Source: an uncultured bacterium (GTDB taxonomy: Bacteria; Eisenbacteria; RBG-16-71-46; CAIMUX01; WJJG01). From it: a stretch of 64,000 bases of DNA. Shown piece by piece: positions 29,163 through 39,888 of the stretch. The translations under genes and the position numbers were made by a program. Numbering within the stretch: the first letter of the stretch is position 1; every line of letters begins with the position of its first letter. The notes beneath the pieces were generated by a model, which saw only the letters and a program-made list of their open reading frames with translations, made no database searches and was not told the origin of the DNA. The DNA lies in contig CAYQJL010000282.1 of assembly GCA_964417675.1 (NCBI GenBank), positions 148,794 to 212,793 of the forward strand, read 5' to 3'.

Positions 29163-30865
29163 CGGACGACCTCCCGGCTGGTGGGCTTCTCCAGCCCGGG
29201 CAACGCGGGCTGCCCCAACGCATAGTCGCGGGCAGCCCGCACGAAATCCCGAAACAGCGGCGCCGGACGCTGCGGGCGGCTCTTGAACTCAGGATGAAAC
29301 TGGCAGGCCAGAAACCACGGGTGTCCGGGCAATTCAATCGTCTCTACCAACTCCCGGTCCCGGTTGACCCCGGTGATGCGCAATCCGCCCGCCTCGAGCT
29401 TCGCCCGGTAGGTGTTGTTGAGTTCCAGGCGGTGGCGGTGGCGCTCCGAGATGATCTCAGCGTTGTAGGCCTTGCGCAGGAGGCTGCCTTCCTTGGTCTC
29501 GCAGTCATAGGCCCCCAGGCGCATGGTCCCGCCCTTGGGCACCTGCCCGCGTTGGTCCGGCAGCAGGTCGATGACCGGATAGGGGGTCGTCGAGTCGAAC
29601 TCGGTCGAGTGCGCGCCCTCCAGGCCGCACTCGTCTCGGGCATGCTGGACCACCGCGCAGTGGAGTCCCAGGCATATGCCGAAGAAGGGCACCTCGTGAC
29701 GGCGCGCGTAGCGGACAGCCGCCAGCATGCCCTCAATCCCGCGCACTCCGAACCCCCCCGGCACGAGAACCCCATGGACACCGCGCAGGTATTCCTTGGT
29801 ATCCTTCGTTTCCAGGACGCTCGACTCGATCCAGCGGACCTTGACCCGGCACCGGTTGGCCACGCCAGCATGGGTGAAGGCCTCCAGGATGCTCTTGTAC
29901 GAATCGTGCAGATGGGTGTACTTGCCCACGATCGCGATCTCGATCTCGCGGGGGGGACTCTTGATCAACTCGACCATCTTGCGCCAATTCGTGAGGTCGG
30001 CTTCCTGGTTGTTTTCGAGACGCAGTATCGAGAGGACATTTTTGTCCAACCCGCCGGCCTGCAGCCGGAGGGGCACCTCGTAGATCGTGTCGCAATCGAT
30101 TCCCTCAATGACACACTCATGCGAAACATTGCAGAAGAGGGCAATCTTCTTGCGCAGTTCCGCGCCAAGGGGCATTTCGCAGCGACACACCAGGATATCG
30201 GGCTGAATCCCGATTTCCGTCAGGCGCCGGACACTGTGCTGGGTAGGCTTGGTCTTCAGTTCGCGCGCGGCCTTCACATACGGCACCAATGTCAAATGCA
30301 CGAAGATCACCCGGTCGCGGCCCAGCTGCAGGCGCAACTGTCGGATGGCCTCGAGGAAGGGCAAGCCTTCGATGTCGCCCACCGTCCCACCAATCTCGAT
30401 GATATTGATGTCCGCATCCTGGGCGTGTGGGGTTGTGAGCATCTGGCGAGCGATTTCCTCGGTGACGTGCGGAATGACCTGCACGGTCTTGCCCAGAAAC
30501 TCACCGCGGCGCTCCTTGGAAATGATCTTGTCATAGATCTGCCCCGAGGTGACACAATTGCGCCCCTTGAGATTCGAATCGGTGAAGCGTTCATAGTGCC
30601 CGAGATCCAGGTCGGTCTCGGCCCCATCGTCGGTGACGAACACCTCGCCATGCTGGAATGGGCTCATGGTGCCCGGATCGACGTTCAGGTAGGGATCGAA
30701 CTTCTGCAGGGTCACCCGGAACCCGCGTTCCTTCAACAACAGGCCCAAGGATGCCGCTACGATGCCCTTGCCGAGCGAGGAACAGACACCACCGGTCACG
30801 AACACATGGCGGCGCTGCTCTTCATTGATCGCTGCAATCCCCTGTGCGAAGCTCGACTGGCTCAC
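29159..30865 (-). CDS. pyrG: CTP synthase
   Basis: 568 aa with VFVTGGVCSSLGKGIVAASLG and a glutamine amidotransferase C domain (GICLGLHCAVV). It has an ATGA overlap with kdsA. Confidence 0.97.
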   Translation of the reverse strand: MSQSSFAQGIAAINEEQRRHVFVTGGVCSSLGKGIVAASLGLLLKERGFRVTLQKFDPYLNVDPGTMSPFQHGEVFVTDDGAETDLDLGHYERFTDSNLKGRNCVTSGQIYDKIISKERRGEFLGKTVQVIPHVTEEIARQMLTTPHAQDADINIIEIGGTVGDIEGLPFLEAIRQLRLQLGRDRVIFVHLTLVPYVKAARELKTKPTQHSVRRLTEIGIQPDILVCRCEMPLGAELRKKIALFCNVSHECVIEGIDCDTIYEVPLRLQAGGLDKNVLSILRLENNQEADLTNWRKMVELIKSPPREIEIAIVGKYTHLHDSYKSILEAFTHAGVANRCRVKVRWIESSVLETKDTKEYLRGVHGVLVPGGFGVRGIEGMLAAVRYARRHEVPFFGICLGLHCAVVQHARDECGLEGAHSTEFDSTTPYPVIDLLPDQRGQVPKGGTMRLGAYDCETKEGSLLRKAYNAEIISERHRHRLELNNTYRAKLEAGGLRITGVNRDRELVETIELPGHPWFLACQFHPEFKSRPQRPAPLFRDFVRAARDYALGQPALPGLEKPTSREVVR

Positions 30866-30969
30866 CTGCTCTCACCTCCTGTGATCTTGACCACCGATCC
30901 GCCATCGCCCCGCGCGCCGGCGCCCTGCGTCTCCTCCCCGGTCCCATGCCGCGTACCGCGCAGCTCGCG

Positions 30970-31833
30970 TCATTCGCCGCCCGCGGCTTGGTGCTGCCCG
31001 CCCGCGGCTTCGCGCTGCCCGGCCGCGGCTTCGTGCTGCCCGGCCGCCATCGCCCGTTCTCGTTCCCGTTCCAAGAGCGGCCTCACCCGCTCGAGGTCCG
31101 CGGGCGTGTCGACCCCGCCGACCGCGGCCGCGAACTCGATCACGCGGATCGGGATCCCCATCTCGAGGGCCCTCATCTGTTCCAGCGACTCAAGCCTCTC
31201 GAGCGCCGACCGGGGCGCGGCCACGATCCGCTGCAGCAGGTCAAACGGATATCCGTACAGGCCGATGTGGGAAAGAACATGGTTCTGGACGGATCGGAAC
31301 TGCATCTGGAGAGCATCATCCCGGCTAAAGGGAATCGGCGCACGGGAAAAATAGAGCGCCCGTCCCTCCGTAGTGCAGACGACCTTGACCACGCCGGGAT
31401 CCCGCCAATCCTGCTCCGATTGGAAGCGGGCGCCGCCGGTTACGATCTCAGGAGAAACGGTGTCCGGATTCTCCAGGGCGGCACACACCCGGGTGATCAG
31501 CGCCGGATCGATGAGCGGTTCGTCCGCTTGAAGGTTGATGACCGCCTGGGGCTGTGGCCAGAGTTGGGTCGCCGCGGCTGCGACCCGATCGCTGCCGCTG
31601 GCATGTTCTCCGGTGTGGACGACGCTGGCGCCGAATCGAGAGGCCACCTGTGCAATCTCGGGACTGTCCGTGGCGATCCAGACGCCGCAGGGACCGGTCG
31701 CGGCCCTTGCCCGTCGGTAGCTCCATTCGAGCAGGCTGCGGCCGGCGACCTCGTGGAGAAGCTTCCCGGGGAAGCGGGTCGAGAGCAGCCGCGCCGGAAT
31801 GATCACAGCTGTGCCCCCGCGCGAGGGTCCCAT
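30970..31833 (-). CDS. kdsB: 3-deoxy-manno-octulosonate cytidylyltransferase (CMP-KDO synthetase)
   Basis: Trimmed to MGPSRGGTAVIIPARLLSTRFPGKLL (ATG at 31833 verified). The C terminus carries a 21-bp x3 tandem repeat (30978-31040) encoding AAGQHEAAAGQREAAGGQ. Confidence 0.88.
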   Translation of the reverse strand: MGPSRGGTAVIIPARLLSTRFPGKLLHEVAGRSLLEWSYRRARAATGPCGVWIATDSPEIAQVASRFGASVVHTGEHASGSDRVAAAATQLWPQPQAVINLQADEPLIDPALITRVCAALENPDTVSPEIVTGGARFQSEQDWRDPGVVKVVCTTEGRALYFSRAPIPFSRDDALQMQFRSVQNHVLSHIGLYGYPFDLLQRIVAAPRSALERLESLEQMRALEMGIPIRVIEFAAAVGGVDTPADLERVRPLLERERERAMAAGQHEAAAGQREAAGGQHQAAGGE

Positions 31834-31956
31834 CGCCAGATGCCTCCTGTCCGCTACAAAGCTCTCCGCGGCAATCCTTTGGCGAACATAGGTCGCCCCT
31901 GTCACAGGGGTCAACCTAAGAGTCCAACGAAAGGGAGGTGGAATCCGGGAACGCGG

Positions 31957-32217
31957 TTACGATCCGATGGGAACGATGCTGACGCGCTTTCGGTTCTTGC
32001 CCTTGCGCTCAAACAGGACGGTGCCGTCGATCAAGGCGAAGAGCGTGTCATCCTTGCCGCGCCCGATATTGTCGCCGGGCAAAATGCGCGTTCCGCGCTG
32101 ACGGATGACGATGCAACCGGCCGTGACCTTCTCGCCGCCGAAGCGCTTCACACCCAGGAACTGGGGATTCGAATCGCGGCCGTTCCTGGAACTGCCGACA
32201 CCCTTCTTATGAGCCAT
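31957..32217 (-). CDS. rpmA: 50S ribosomal protein L27
   Basis: [28 protein letters not shown] is the canonical L27 sequence. SD GGGAGG lies upstream. Confidence 0.97.
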   Translation of the reverse strand: MAHKKGVGSSRNGRDSNPQFLGVKRFGGEKVTAGCIVIRQRGTRILPGDNIGRGKDDTLFALIDGTVLFERKGKNRKRVSIVPIGS

Positions 32218-32244
32218 GACTGCCTCCCAAATCGGTGGCGGGCA

Positions 32245-32559
32245 CTACGGCCGCACGATGTCCTTGATCTTGAGTTCGACCAGATCGGCGCGGTGACCCC
32301 GCTTGCGACGATAGTCCTTCCGGCGCTTGTACTTGCCGATGAGAACCTTGGGGCCGCGAAGATGGCCGAGGATCTCGGCCTTCACGGCGGCATTCTCGAT
32401 CGACGGGCTGCCGACGAGCACCTGATCCCCGTCGGCAATCAGGCGGACATCGCCGATCGTCACCTCCGACCCCGCTTCGCCGTCGAAGGTTGGGACCTGA
32501 AGGACGGCGTCCTTGGCCACCCGATATTGGAATCCTTGAAGCGAGACGATCGCGTACAC
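32245..32559 (-). CDS. rplU: 50S ribosomal protein L21
   Basis: Trimmed to the GTG at 32559, giving (M)YAIVSLQGFQYRVAKD..., canonical L21. The ORF-track N-terminal extension was rejected. Confidence 0.92.
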   Translation of the reverse strand: MYAIVSLQGFQYRVAKDAVLQVPTFDGEAGSEVTIGDVRLIADGDQVLVGSPSIENAAVKAEILGHLRGPKVLIGKYKRRKDYRRKRGHRADLVELKIKDIVRP

Positions 32560-32703
32560 TGCTCCCTCCAGAGCTGCAAACAACTTGGCTCTAATTGCGC
32601 AAAGCCGAGAGTATACCCAGATTAGCCTGAGGACGTCAAGCCTTTCGCCGCGCTCCAACGCACGAGGCACCCATCTGCCCCCCCCACCTTGCCGCCGACG
32701 GAC

Positions 32704-34233
32704 TCATCCCTGGAATTCGGCCGTCACGTCCTTCTTCGTGTGCGGGAAATAGATCCGCACCTCATCACGTCTGATCCGCGGATCTTCTTGTATATCAAGG
32801 CGATACCCGTATTGCCGCTCCAACCGCTCCAGTCGGTGGCCGCGATGGTCGAAGACAAAGGCCGCCAGATCCGGCTCCAAGGTGACTCGGACATCCTTCT
32901 CCTTCGACTTGGCCCCCAGCCGTTGGAGGCTCCTCTCCAAACGCATCGCCGCTGCCGGGAGACTCAGAATCTTGCCCATTCCCCGGCAGCACGGACACTC
33001 CTCGCTGAAGTAATTCAACAGCGGCTCGCCTTCTCGCTGGCGGGTCATCTCGACCAGCCCCAGGCTGCTCACCGGGTAGATGCGCGTGCGGGCTCGATCC
33101 GGCGCGAGCGCGTTTCGCAGGGTTTCGAAGATGGCCTGGCGGTGGCGCTCGTCCTCCATGTCGATGAAGTCCACCACGACGATGCCACCGAGATCGCGCA
33201 GGCGCAGCTGACGAGCCACCTCCTTGGCCGCCTCGATGTTCGTCTTTAGAATCGTGTCGGCCTGCGACTTCTTTCCCGTGAACCGGCCGGTGTTGACATC
33301 GATGGTGACCATCGCCTCGGTCGACTCGATGACGATGTAGCCCCCCTTCTTGAGCCAGACCTTCCGTTCGAAGCTCTTCGAGATCTCGCTCTCGATACCG
33401 TACTCATCGAAGATCGGTCCTTCTCCGGTGTACAGCTTGACGCGCGACTTGAGCTCCGGGGCGTCGGTCTTCAGATACCGCAGTATCTCTTTGTAGACCT
33501 CTTTCGAATCCACCACGACCCGGTCGACCTGTTGTGTGAAGATGTCGCGCATCAGGCCCGTGGCCAGGCCCATATCCCGATGGACCGCCAGGGGGGCGGG
33601 CTCGGCCGCGGCACGTCTCTCGATCTCCCCCCACATGTCGGTAAGATACTTGATGTCGGTAATGAAGTCTTTCTTCGACCGCTTCTCCCCCACAGTGCGG
33701 CAGATCACACCCGCATTGCGCGGCCTGAGCTCACGCAGGATCTTCTTCAGGCGGAGGCGCTCCTCCCGGTCCGCGATCTTGCGAGAGACACCGATGCGAT
33801 CCAGGCCCGGCATCAGGACCAGATAACGCCCGGGCAAACTGATGCGACCAGAGACCTTGGATCCCTTGGTGCCAATCGGCTCCTTGATGACTTGCACCAG
33901 GATCTCCTGCCCCTTCTGCAAGAGCTTGTCGATGGAAACGTCCCGATGGCGGGGGCCGTGTCGATCGCCTTCGTCATCGAGGTCGAAGGCGTCCAGGTCG
34001 AGAATCGACGCCAGCATGTCCGAGACGTGCAGAAAGGCGGCCCGCTCCAGCCCGATGTCCACGAACGCGGCCTGCATGCCCGGAAGCACCTTCTCGACAC
34101 GCCCCTTGTATACGTCACCTACGCGACGCCGGGCCTCTTCACGGTCTACGAAGAACTCCACCAGGGAGGCATCTTCGAGAACCGCCACCCGAGTCTCACT
34201 CGGGTCGGCATTGACTACGATTTCGCGAAACAT
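32704..34233 (-). CDS. rng: ribonuclease G (RNase E/G family)
   Basis: MFREIVVNADPSETRVAVLED, an S1 domain, and the catalytic domain of the RNase E/G family. The 509-aa length fits RNase G. Confidence 0.9.
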   Translation of the reverse strand: MFREIVVNADPSETRVAVLEDASLVEFFVDREEARRRVGDVYKGRVEKVLPGMQAAFVDIGLERAAFLHVSDMLASILDLDAFDLDDEGDRHGPRHRDVSIDKLLQKGQEILVQVIKEPIGTKGSKVSGRISLPGRYLVLMPGLDRIGVSRKIADREERLRLKKILRELRPRNAGVICRTVGEKRSKKDFITDIKYLTDMWGEIERRAAAEPAPLAVHRDMGLATGLMRDIFTQQVDRVVVDSKEVYKEILRYLKTDAPELKSRVKLYTGEGPIFDEYGIESEISKSFERKVWLKKGGYIVIESTEAMVTIDVNTGRFTGKKSQADTILKTNIEAAKEVARQLRLRDLGGIVVVDFIDMEDERHRQAIFETLRNALAPDRARTRIYPVSSLGLVEMTRQREGEPLLNYFSEECPCCRGMGKILSLPAAAMRLERSLQRLGAKSKEKDVRVTLEPDLAAFVFDHRGHRLERLERQYGYRLDIQEDPRIRRDEVRIYFPHTKKDVTAEFQG

Positions 34234-34301
34234 CTGACCTGCTCTCTCCTGGGTGGGTTTGTGACCGGACGCACGCTACCACAGCACCCAATTTCCTTCA
34301 A

Positions 34302-35099
34302 TCAGTACGAGACACCTTCACCCGGCCGGGGCGTCCGAGCCACGGTGATCAAATCGACACCCTCGGCCCCCGCCTCCAGCAACAGCCCGCGGGCCAGACG
34401 CAGGGTCGTTCCGGTCGTAGCCACATCGTCGAGCAGCAGAAGCGCGCCGTCGGCGCGACCCCGGACTGTCATGGCACAAGCCAGCAGGCGCCTTCGTTCG
34501 GCCGCCCGGCGGCCGGTCAGGGGTGGGTTGTACCTGGCCCGCACCAGGAGGGGCACAACCGGAAGCCCGATCTCGCGAGCCAACCCCGCGGCCAGGCGCT
34601 CCACGGCTGCAAACCCACGCTCACGCACCCGCACCGGATGCGTGGGAACCGGCACTACCGCACACCACCCTCGATGGCGGCCGACCGCGTGGATCAGCTG
34701 CCGGACCAGCAGACGTTCGGCAAACGGATCCTCTCGGTACTTGTAGGCATGAACCATCTCTCGCAAGGTGGCCTCGAACGGGCCGCCCGACAGGACCAGG
34801 TATGCCCCCGCCCGATCGGCGCGCAGCTGCCGGATGACCTTGCCGCGATCAGGCAGCCGGCATCTACGGCATGCACAGGGCCCACCCGTGGCGTGGCCGC
34901 AAACCGGACAGCTCACCGGAGCCGCCAGCTCCAGCAGAGCGTGGAGCACCGCCCGCAGGACAGCACCCGCAGGCCGGACGGCCCGCCGAACCCCATCCAA
35001 CTGGCCGCGGCCAGACCGATCTAGGCGAGTCCCAGCCAATGTCGCGAGGCGCTGCCCAAGGCGCGCACCCCCGGCAAGGAGCCGATCGAGACGATTCAT
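34302..35099 (-). CDS. ComF/GntX family phosphoribosyltransferase-domain protein
   Basis: An N-terminal Cys cluster (CPVCGH...CACRRC) and a C-terminal PRTase fold with the VLLLDDVATTGTTL PRPP-binding motif. Confidence 0.75.
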   Translation of the reverse strand: MNRLDRLLAGGARLGQRLATLAGTRLDRSGRGQLDGVRRAVRPAGAVLRAVLHALLELAAPVSCPVCGHATGGPCACRRCRLPDRGKVIRQLRADRAGAYLVLSGGPFEATLREMVHAYKYREDPFAERLLVRQLIHAVGRHRGWCAVVPVPTHPVRVRERGFAAVERLAAGLAREIGLPVVPLLVRARYNPPLTGRRAAERRRLLACAMTVRGRADGALLLLDDVATTGTTLRLARGLLLEAGAEGVDLITVARTPRPGEGVSY

Positions 35100-35245
35100 G
35101 TCCGACTGAGAAAGCAGCTCTCATGCCACGACCCCGCCATCCAGATGCGATCCAGGCCATGCCAGGACCTCATACGATGCCAATGTTCATCCCGCGTCCG
35201 GGCCCACACCGGGCCTGCGTTCGGCGCTCACCCTGCGGCCCACGC

Positions 35246-36049
35246 TCACCCCTGCGGCCGCGGCCCGTGCTTCGGTTGCGGCGCGTGCGGCGCTCCCCAC
35301 CACAGCCAGGCGGCCAGCGCCAGGAAGCCCAGCATGAACCACTGGCTGTGCACAAGGTGCAGCCCGCCAACGGAGACCCCGTCCTCGGCCGCATAGTAGC
35401 GTGTGAAATCGACCAGGAAACGGATTACGGACGAGGCCGCCAGGTAGGCCGCCAGCAGCCGTCCGGAACGGCGCAGCGGAACGGACACGCGCGCGAGCGC
35501 GAAGAAGAGCAAGAAGCTCGCCACACTCAAGTAGAGCTGCGAGGGATGAATCGCCGCATCTCCCAGAACCCAGTGCGCGTGCGAACCGGGTGGAAATCGA
35601 ACCGCCCAGGGAAGACTGCACGATTGCCCAAAGCAGCATCCATTGAAGAAGCACCCGATGCGGGTGATGCCCTCCCCCAGCGCGATGGCCGGCGCGGTCA
35701 GATCACCCACCTCACGAAACGCCCAACCCTTCGAGCGTATGTAGAGGGCACCCACAATGATGGCTGCGATCACACCACCGTATTGGGTCAAGCCGCCCCG
35801 CCACACGCGGAAGAGCTCGGCCCAGTCAGCCTCGAACTCGCCCGGATGCTGCAAGGCATAGTAGAGACGTGCGCCGATGAGCGCGCTCGCGAGCACCCAC
35901 CAGGCCATCTTCATCAAGTCCTCATCCTGATACCCCAGCGGCCGGGCGCGACGGCTGAGCCACAGACTACCGAACAGGAAGGCCAGCGCCAGGCCTAGGC
36001 CGTACGCATGAACTTTCAAAGGCCCCAGTTCAAACAAAATCGGCTTCAA
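35246..36049 (-). CDS. lgt: prolipoprotein diacylglyceryl transferase
   Basis: MKPILFELGPLKVHAYGLGLALAFLFG and the Lgt signature GARLYY...GGLTQYGG. Confidence 0.93.
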   Translation of the reverse strand: MKPILFELGPLKVHAYGLGLALAFLFGSLWLSRRARPLGYQDEDLMKMAWWVLASALIGARLYYALQHPGEFEADWAELFRVWRGGLTQYGGVIAAIIVGALYIRSKGWAFREVGDLTAPAIALGEGITRIGCFFNGCCFGQSCSLPWAVRFPPGSHAHWVLGDAAIHPSQLYLSVASFLLFFALARVSVPLRRSGRLLAAYLAASSVIRFLVDFTRYYAAEDGVSVGGLHLVHSQWFMLGFLALAAWLWWGAPHAPQPKHGPRPQG

Positions 36050-36071
36050 AGATGATCACCTTCCCCCGAGG

Positions 36072-37295
36072 TCATTGATACTCGTTCCTTCGGGCAGTCA
36101 CGCCCACAAGCAGACCGGTCGCCGCCAGTATGGTTACCATGAACGAACCCCCGAAGCTCAAGAACGGCAACGGCAGACCGGTCACCGGCGCCAGTCCCAG
36201 GGTCATGGCCACATTGACGGTCGTGTGGTAGAAGATCAACATGACGATTCCGGTGGCCACCACACTCCCGAAACGCGATCGTACCCGGCGCGCCAGGATC
36301 AGTCCACGAATCATCAATAGGCCGAAAAGACCGAGCACGGTCACGCCACCCGCGAAACCGTACTCCTCGCCGACGACCGAGAAGACGAAGTCGGTGTGCT
36401 GTCTCGGCAGAAATGCCAGACCTGTCTGGGAACCCCTCCCCGGTCCCTTCCCCACGCCCTGTCCTGATCCGATGGCGATCTTCGACTGGATGACCTGATA
36501 GCCAGCACCGGCCGGCTCTCGCTCCGGATGCAGGAAGGAGCTGATTCGGGTTCGCTGGTACGGCGCGAGGCTATTCCACAGGCGGGGCGTCTGGAGGCCG
36601 ATTCCGATCTGCAGCACCGCGAACAGGCCCACCAGAAGCCAGTTCACCCGCCGCCAACGCAACAGCGCGCAGCTTCCCAGAAGAAAGGGAACCCACAAGA
36701 GGATCTGCCCCGAAAGAACCGCGGTCAGTGCTGGCGAGGCCAGCACGAACAATACCAGCCACGGCAGACCGGCCCACAACAGCATGACGACCGCGATGGC
36801 GGGATAGCTGAGCGAGGTTCCCAGGTCCGGTTCGCGCAGGACCAGGAGAAAGGGCAGGCTCGTGAGCAGCAGAGCGCCGGCCAAAGACCAGAACCGGGAC
36901 AAATCGCACCGTTTGCGGGCCACGAAATGGCCCAGGAACAGGATGAACGCCAGCTTGGCCGGTTCCGAGGGTTGCACACGGATCGGCCCCACGACCAGCC
37001 ACCGGCGCGCGCCGTAGTGCGCCTGTCCGGCGAAGAGCACCAGCAGGAGCAACAGAACGGCCAGGAAGAAGAGCAAGGGTGAAATGTCTTCCAGGAATCT
37101 AGGCGGCAACCATGCAAGCAGGCCGGCCGCCATGATGCCCAACAGGATGGAGGCAATGTGTCGTGTGAACTGCTCGGCGTCACCACTCGGCGAGATGACG
37201 GTTGCCGAGTACACGGCGGCCGAACCGGCGATCAGCAGCCCGATGACCGGAAGGATCAGCAGTGGCTCCCAGAAGTAGGTCTGCTTACGTACCAT
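36072..37295 (-). CDS. rodA: SEDS-family peptidoglycan glycosyltransferase RodA
   Basis: Trimmed to the MVRKQTYFWEPLLILPV ATG at 37295 (verified). The C-terminal SEDS motif is PVTGLPLPFLSFGGSFM. It is adjacent to mrdA, and the ORF-track extension is in fact the overlapping mrdA 3' end. Confidence 0.88.
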   Translation of the reverse strand: MVRKQTYFWEPLLILPVIGLLIAGSAAVYSATVISPSGDAEQFTRHIASILLGIMAAGLLAWLPPRFLEDISPLLFFLAVLLLLLVLFAGQAHYGARRWLVVGPIRVQPSEPAKLAFILFLGHFVARKRCDLSRFWSLAGALLLTSLPFLLVLREPDLGTSLSYPAIAVVMLLWAGLPWLVLFVLASPALTAVLSGQILLWVPFLLGSCALLRWRRVNWLLVGLFAVLQIGIGLQTPRLWNSLAPYQRTRISSFLHPEREPAGAGYQVIQSKIAIGSGQGVGKGPGRGSQTGLAFLPRQHTDFVFSVVGEEYGFAGGVTVLGLFGLLMIRGLILARRVRSRFGSVVATGIVMLIFYHTTVNVAMTLGLAPVTGLPLPFLSFGGSFMVTILAATGLLVGVTARRNEYQ

Positions 37296-37296
37296 G

Positions 37297-39405
37297 TCAG
37301 AGCGCCCCCGGCGCTCGAAGAAGGCCGCCGCCCCCCTCATCCGCCGGCTCTCTGGACCGAACGGGATCTGCCGGGGGGGGGCATGCCGGGGGGGAACCGA
37401 AGTATGGGTCGCGCGGCCGATCCAGGTGCGCGCCCAGCTCGTCTGCCCCGCCCCGTTTCGAGTCGGGAGAGACGCCGCGGCCAAGGTTGGGAGAGACGCC
37501 GCGGCCGAGGTCGGGAGAGACGCCCCGGCCGAGGTCGGGAGAGACGCGCGGGTGGAGTTGGTGGTCGAGCGCGAGAGGATCTTCACGCAGAAAAACCTCC
37601 AGCACCTGCTGAACCAAGGGGGCCGCCACCACCCCCCCGTGGCCGGCTTCCTCCACGATTGCCAGCACGACAATACGCGGCTCATCGATCGGCGCTACCG
37701 CCAGGAAGAGAGCGTGATCCTCACCGTGAGAGTTCTGAGCTGTTCCCGTCTTACCTCCAATACGGAATCCCGGTACGCGAGCCCGGTGCCCAGTGGCCCG
37801 CTCACTCTCGACCGCATGCTCCAGCAGCTCCCTGACCAGGCGCCGCGTCTCCGGCGTGCTGTCGATGACCCGGCTGCCGGCATCCCGATCCGCGCTCCAG
37901 GTCACGGTGCCATCCCGCAATACGGCCCGGCGAGCCAGATGCGGCCGGCGCTGTACCCCATCGCTGACGAGCGCCCCTATGTACACCGCTACCTGTAAAG
38001 GAGTTAGTATGATCTCCCCCTGTCCGATCGAGAGATTCAAGGCGATTCCTTCCGGCGGCGTCGTTCCCAGACGCCGGCGATACCATTCCATGTCAGGAAT
38101 CAGTCCCTCGCGCTCATCGGGTACGTCGATGCCGGCTGGCCGATCAAGACCCAAGGAGTTCATGTAGCGCAGGAGCCGGCGCAGCCCCATCTCACGCGCG
38201 AGCTGATAGTAGTACACGTCGCAGGACTGCCCGAAGGCCTCGAACAGATCCACACGCCCATGGCCGGTCTCCTTCCAACAACCGAACGTGCGATTCCCGA
38301 ATGTGTAGCTTCCGTTGCATGCATCAAACCGAGTAGTCCGCGAAATCACCTGGGCATCGATGCCCGCCAGCGTCGACACGACCTTGAACAGCGACGCCGG
38401 CGGATAGCCGGCCTGAATCACCCGATTCAGAAGAGGCCGGTCCTCGGCATTGAGTGCCGCCCATTCTTCGCCGGAAAGTCCATGAGCGAACCCGTTCGGA
38501 TCGAAGGACGGGCTGCTTGCGCAGGCGAGAATCTCTCCGGTCCACGGGTCGATCGCCACAAGCGATCCCTTGATCGGCAGGCCGCGCCGCCGGGCCAGTG
38601 CGTCCGGCTGGAGTTGGGTACGGGCAAGGGCCTCTTCCGCCACGGACTGGAGCTGCGCGTCGATGCAAAGATGCAGATCCGCTCCAGGCTCAGGAGGCTG
38701 GGGAGGCAGATCGGGAAACAGGTCGGTAACTCGTCCGAATGCATCGACCCGGACATAGGTTTCGCCGCCGCGGCCCCTCAGGATAGACTCATACTGGCGT
38801 TCGAGACCGGATCGCCCGATCAGCTCCCCGCGGCGGTACTTGTGATCGGTGCGCAGCAACTCCTGCTCGCTGACCTCCCCCATGTACCCCAGGATGTGGG
38901 CCGCCAGATGCCCCTGCGGATACCAGCGCAGCGGCACTTCCGCGATTGTGATGCCCGGAATCGGCTCGAGCCGCTCGAAGAAGGGACCCAATGCGGTGGG
39001 GTCCACATCGCGGTCGAGCAGCAGCGGTTCAAAGCGGTTGCGATACAGCCGGGCACGCTGCGCCAAATCCTCTGCATCGCGGCCGAGCAAACGGGCCACT
39101 TCCTCGATGGCTTCGCCAAGATAGCGGGCACGCTTGTAGGCCGGATGCCCGGCCTCCAGACTGAGGTTGAAGCTCACCCGGTTGCCGGCCAGCAGCCGGC
39201 CCTCTCGGTCGAAGATCCGGCCGCGCAGGGCCGGGATCGGCTCACTGCGAACCATATTCTCGCGGGCCAACTCCGCGTAATGGGATCCGCGCGTGATCTG
39301 TAAGAAGAAGAGCCTCCCCCCCAGCAACAGCATCAGGGCCGCGACGCTCAGGGTCAGCGCCAGCGCACGGGATCTGCGCGCGCGCAGATTCTCAGGAAAC
39401 GGCAC
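37297..39405 (-). CDS. mrdA: penicillin-binding protein 2 (elongasome transpeptidase)
   Basis: TM anchor, dimerisation domain, transpeptidase with SxxK (ASLFKVV) and KTGT motifs (GGKTGTAQ). The C-terminal tail carries a 24-bp x4 tandem repeat (37463-37558) encoding RVSPDLGRGVSPDLG repeats. The start is placed at the GTG at 39405, preceded by SD AAGGGGG. Confidence 0.88.
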   Translation of the reverse strand: MPFPENLRARRSRALALTLSVAALMLLLGGRLFFLQITRGSHYAELARENMVRSEPIPALRGRIFDREGRLLAGNRVSFNLSLEAGHPAYKRARYLGEAIEEVARLLGRDAEDLAQRARLYRNRFEPLLLDRDVDPTALGPFFERLEPIPGITIAEVPLRWYPQGHLAAHILGYMGEVSEQELLRTDHKYRRGELIGRSGLERQYESILRGRGGETYVRVDAFGRVTDLFPDLPPQPPEPGADLHLCIDAQLQSVAEEALARTQLQPDALARRRGLPIKGSLVAIDPWTGEILACASSPSFDPNGFAHGLSGEEWAALNAEDRPLLNRVIQAGYPPASLFKVVSTLAGIDAQVISRTTRFDACNGSYTFGNRTFGCWKETGHGRVDLFEAFGQSCDVYYYQLAREMGLRRLLRYMNSLGLDRPAGIDVPDEREGLIPDMEWYRRRLGTTPPEGIALNLSIGQGEIILTPLQVAVYIGALVSDGVQRRPHLARRAVLRDGTVTWSADRDAGSRVIDSTPETRRLVRELLEHAVESERATGHRARVPGFRIGGKTGTAQNSHGEDHALFLAVAPIDEPRIVVLAIVEEAGHGGVVAAPLVQQVLEVFLREDPLALDHQLHPRVSPDLGRGVSPDLGRGVSPNLGRGVSPDSKRGGADELGAHLDRPRDPYFGSPPACPPPADPVRSREPADEGGGGLLRAPGAL

Positions 39406-39886
39406 GGCGAACCCCCTTGCGGAACAGGCGGGGCAAGAGCGCCGCCGCCAAAGGAACGACGACTCCAGTATAGGCGGCCGTTGCGGGGGAGACCGCCAGC
39501 CACACGAGAAGATTGCGCCAAACCCCTCCGCTGCCAACCACCAGGACCCTGACGAGATCATGCGCCAGCAGCAGCAGGGCGATCAGCACGGCTTGGACCA
39601 GTGGATGCTCCCGGTTGACCATGGGCGATGCGCCGGCCGCTGCGAAACCCACGCAGGCCAGCAGGAGGCTCTCCAGACCAAGGTAGGCTGGCTCGGCGCA
39701 ACCGCGCAGCAGTCCCACCGCGAATCCGATGATCACGCCTCCCCGCCCTCCGCCGTAGAGCCCTGCATACACGACCAGTGCCAGGGATAGGTCAAGGTGG
39801 ACCGTTCCCAGAACCAGACGCTGACCGACTGTAGATTCGAGCAGAGTAATCCCAAAGAGGAGAAAGAGATAGCGTAGATAGAACAT
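39392..39886 (-). CDS. mreD: rod shape-determining protein MreD
   Basis: Trimmed to MFYLRYLFLLFGITLLESTV (ATG verified), a small polytopic membrane protein immediately after mreC. Confidence 0.8.
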   Translation of the reverse strand: MFYLRYLFLLFGITLLESTVGQRLVLGTVHLDLSLALVVYAGLYGGGRGGVIIGFAVGLLRGCAEPAYLGLESLLLACVGFAAAGASPMVNREHPLVQAVLIALLLLAHDLVRVLVVGSGGVWRNLLVWLAVSPATAAYTGVVVPLAAALLPRLFRKGVRRAVS

Positions 39887-39888
39887 GC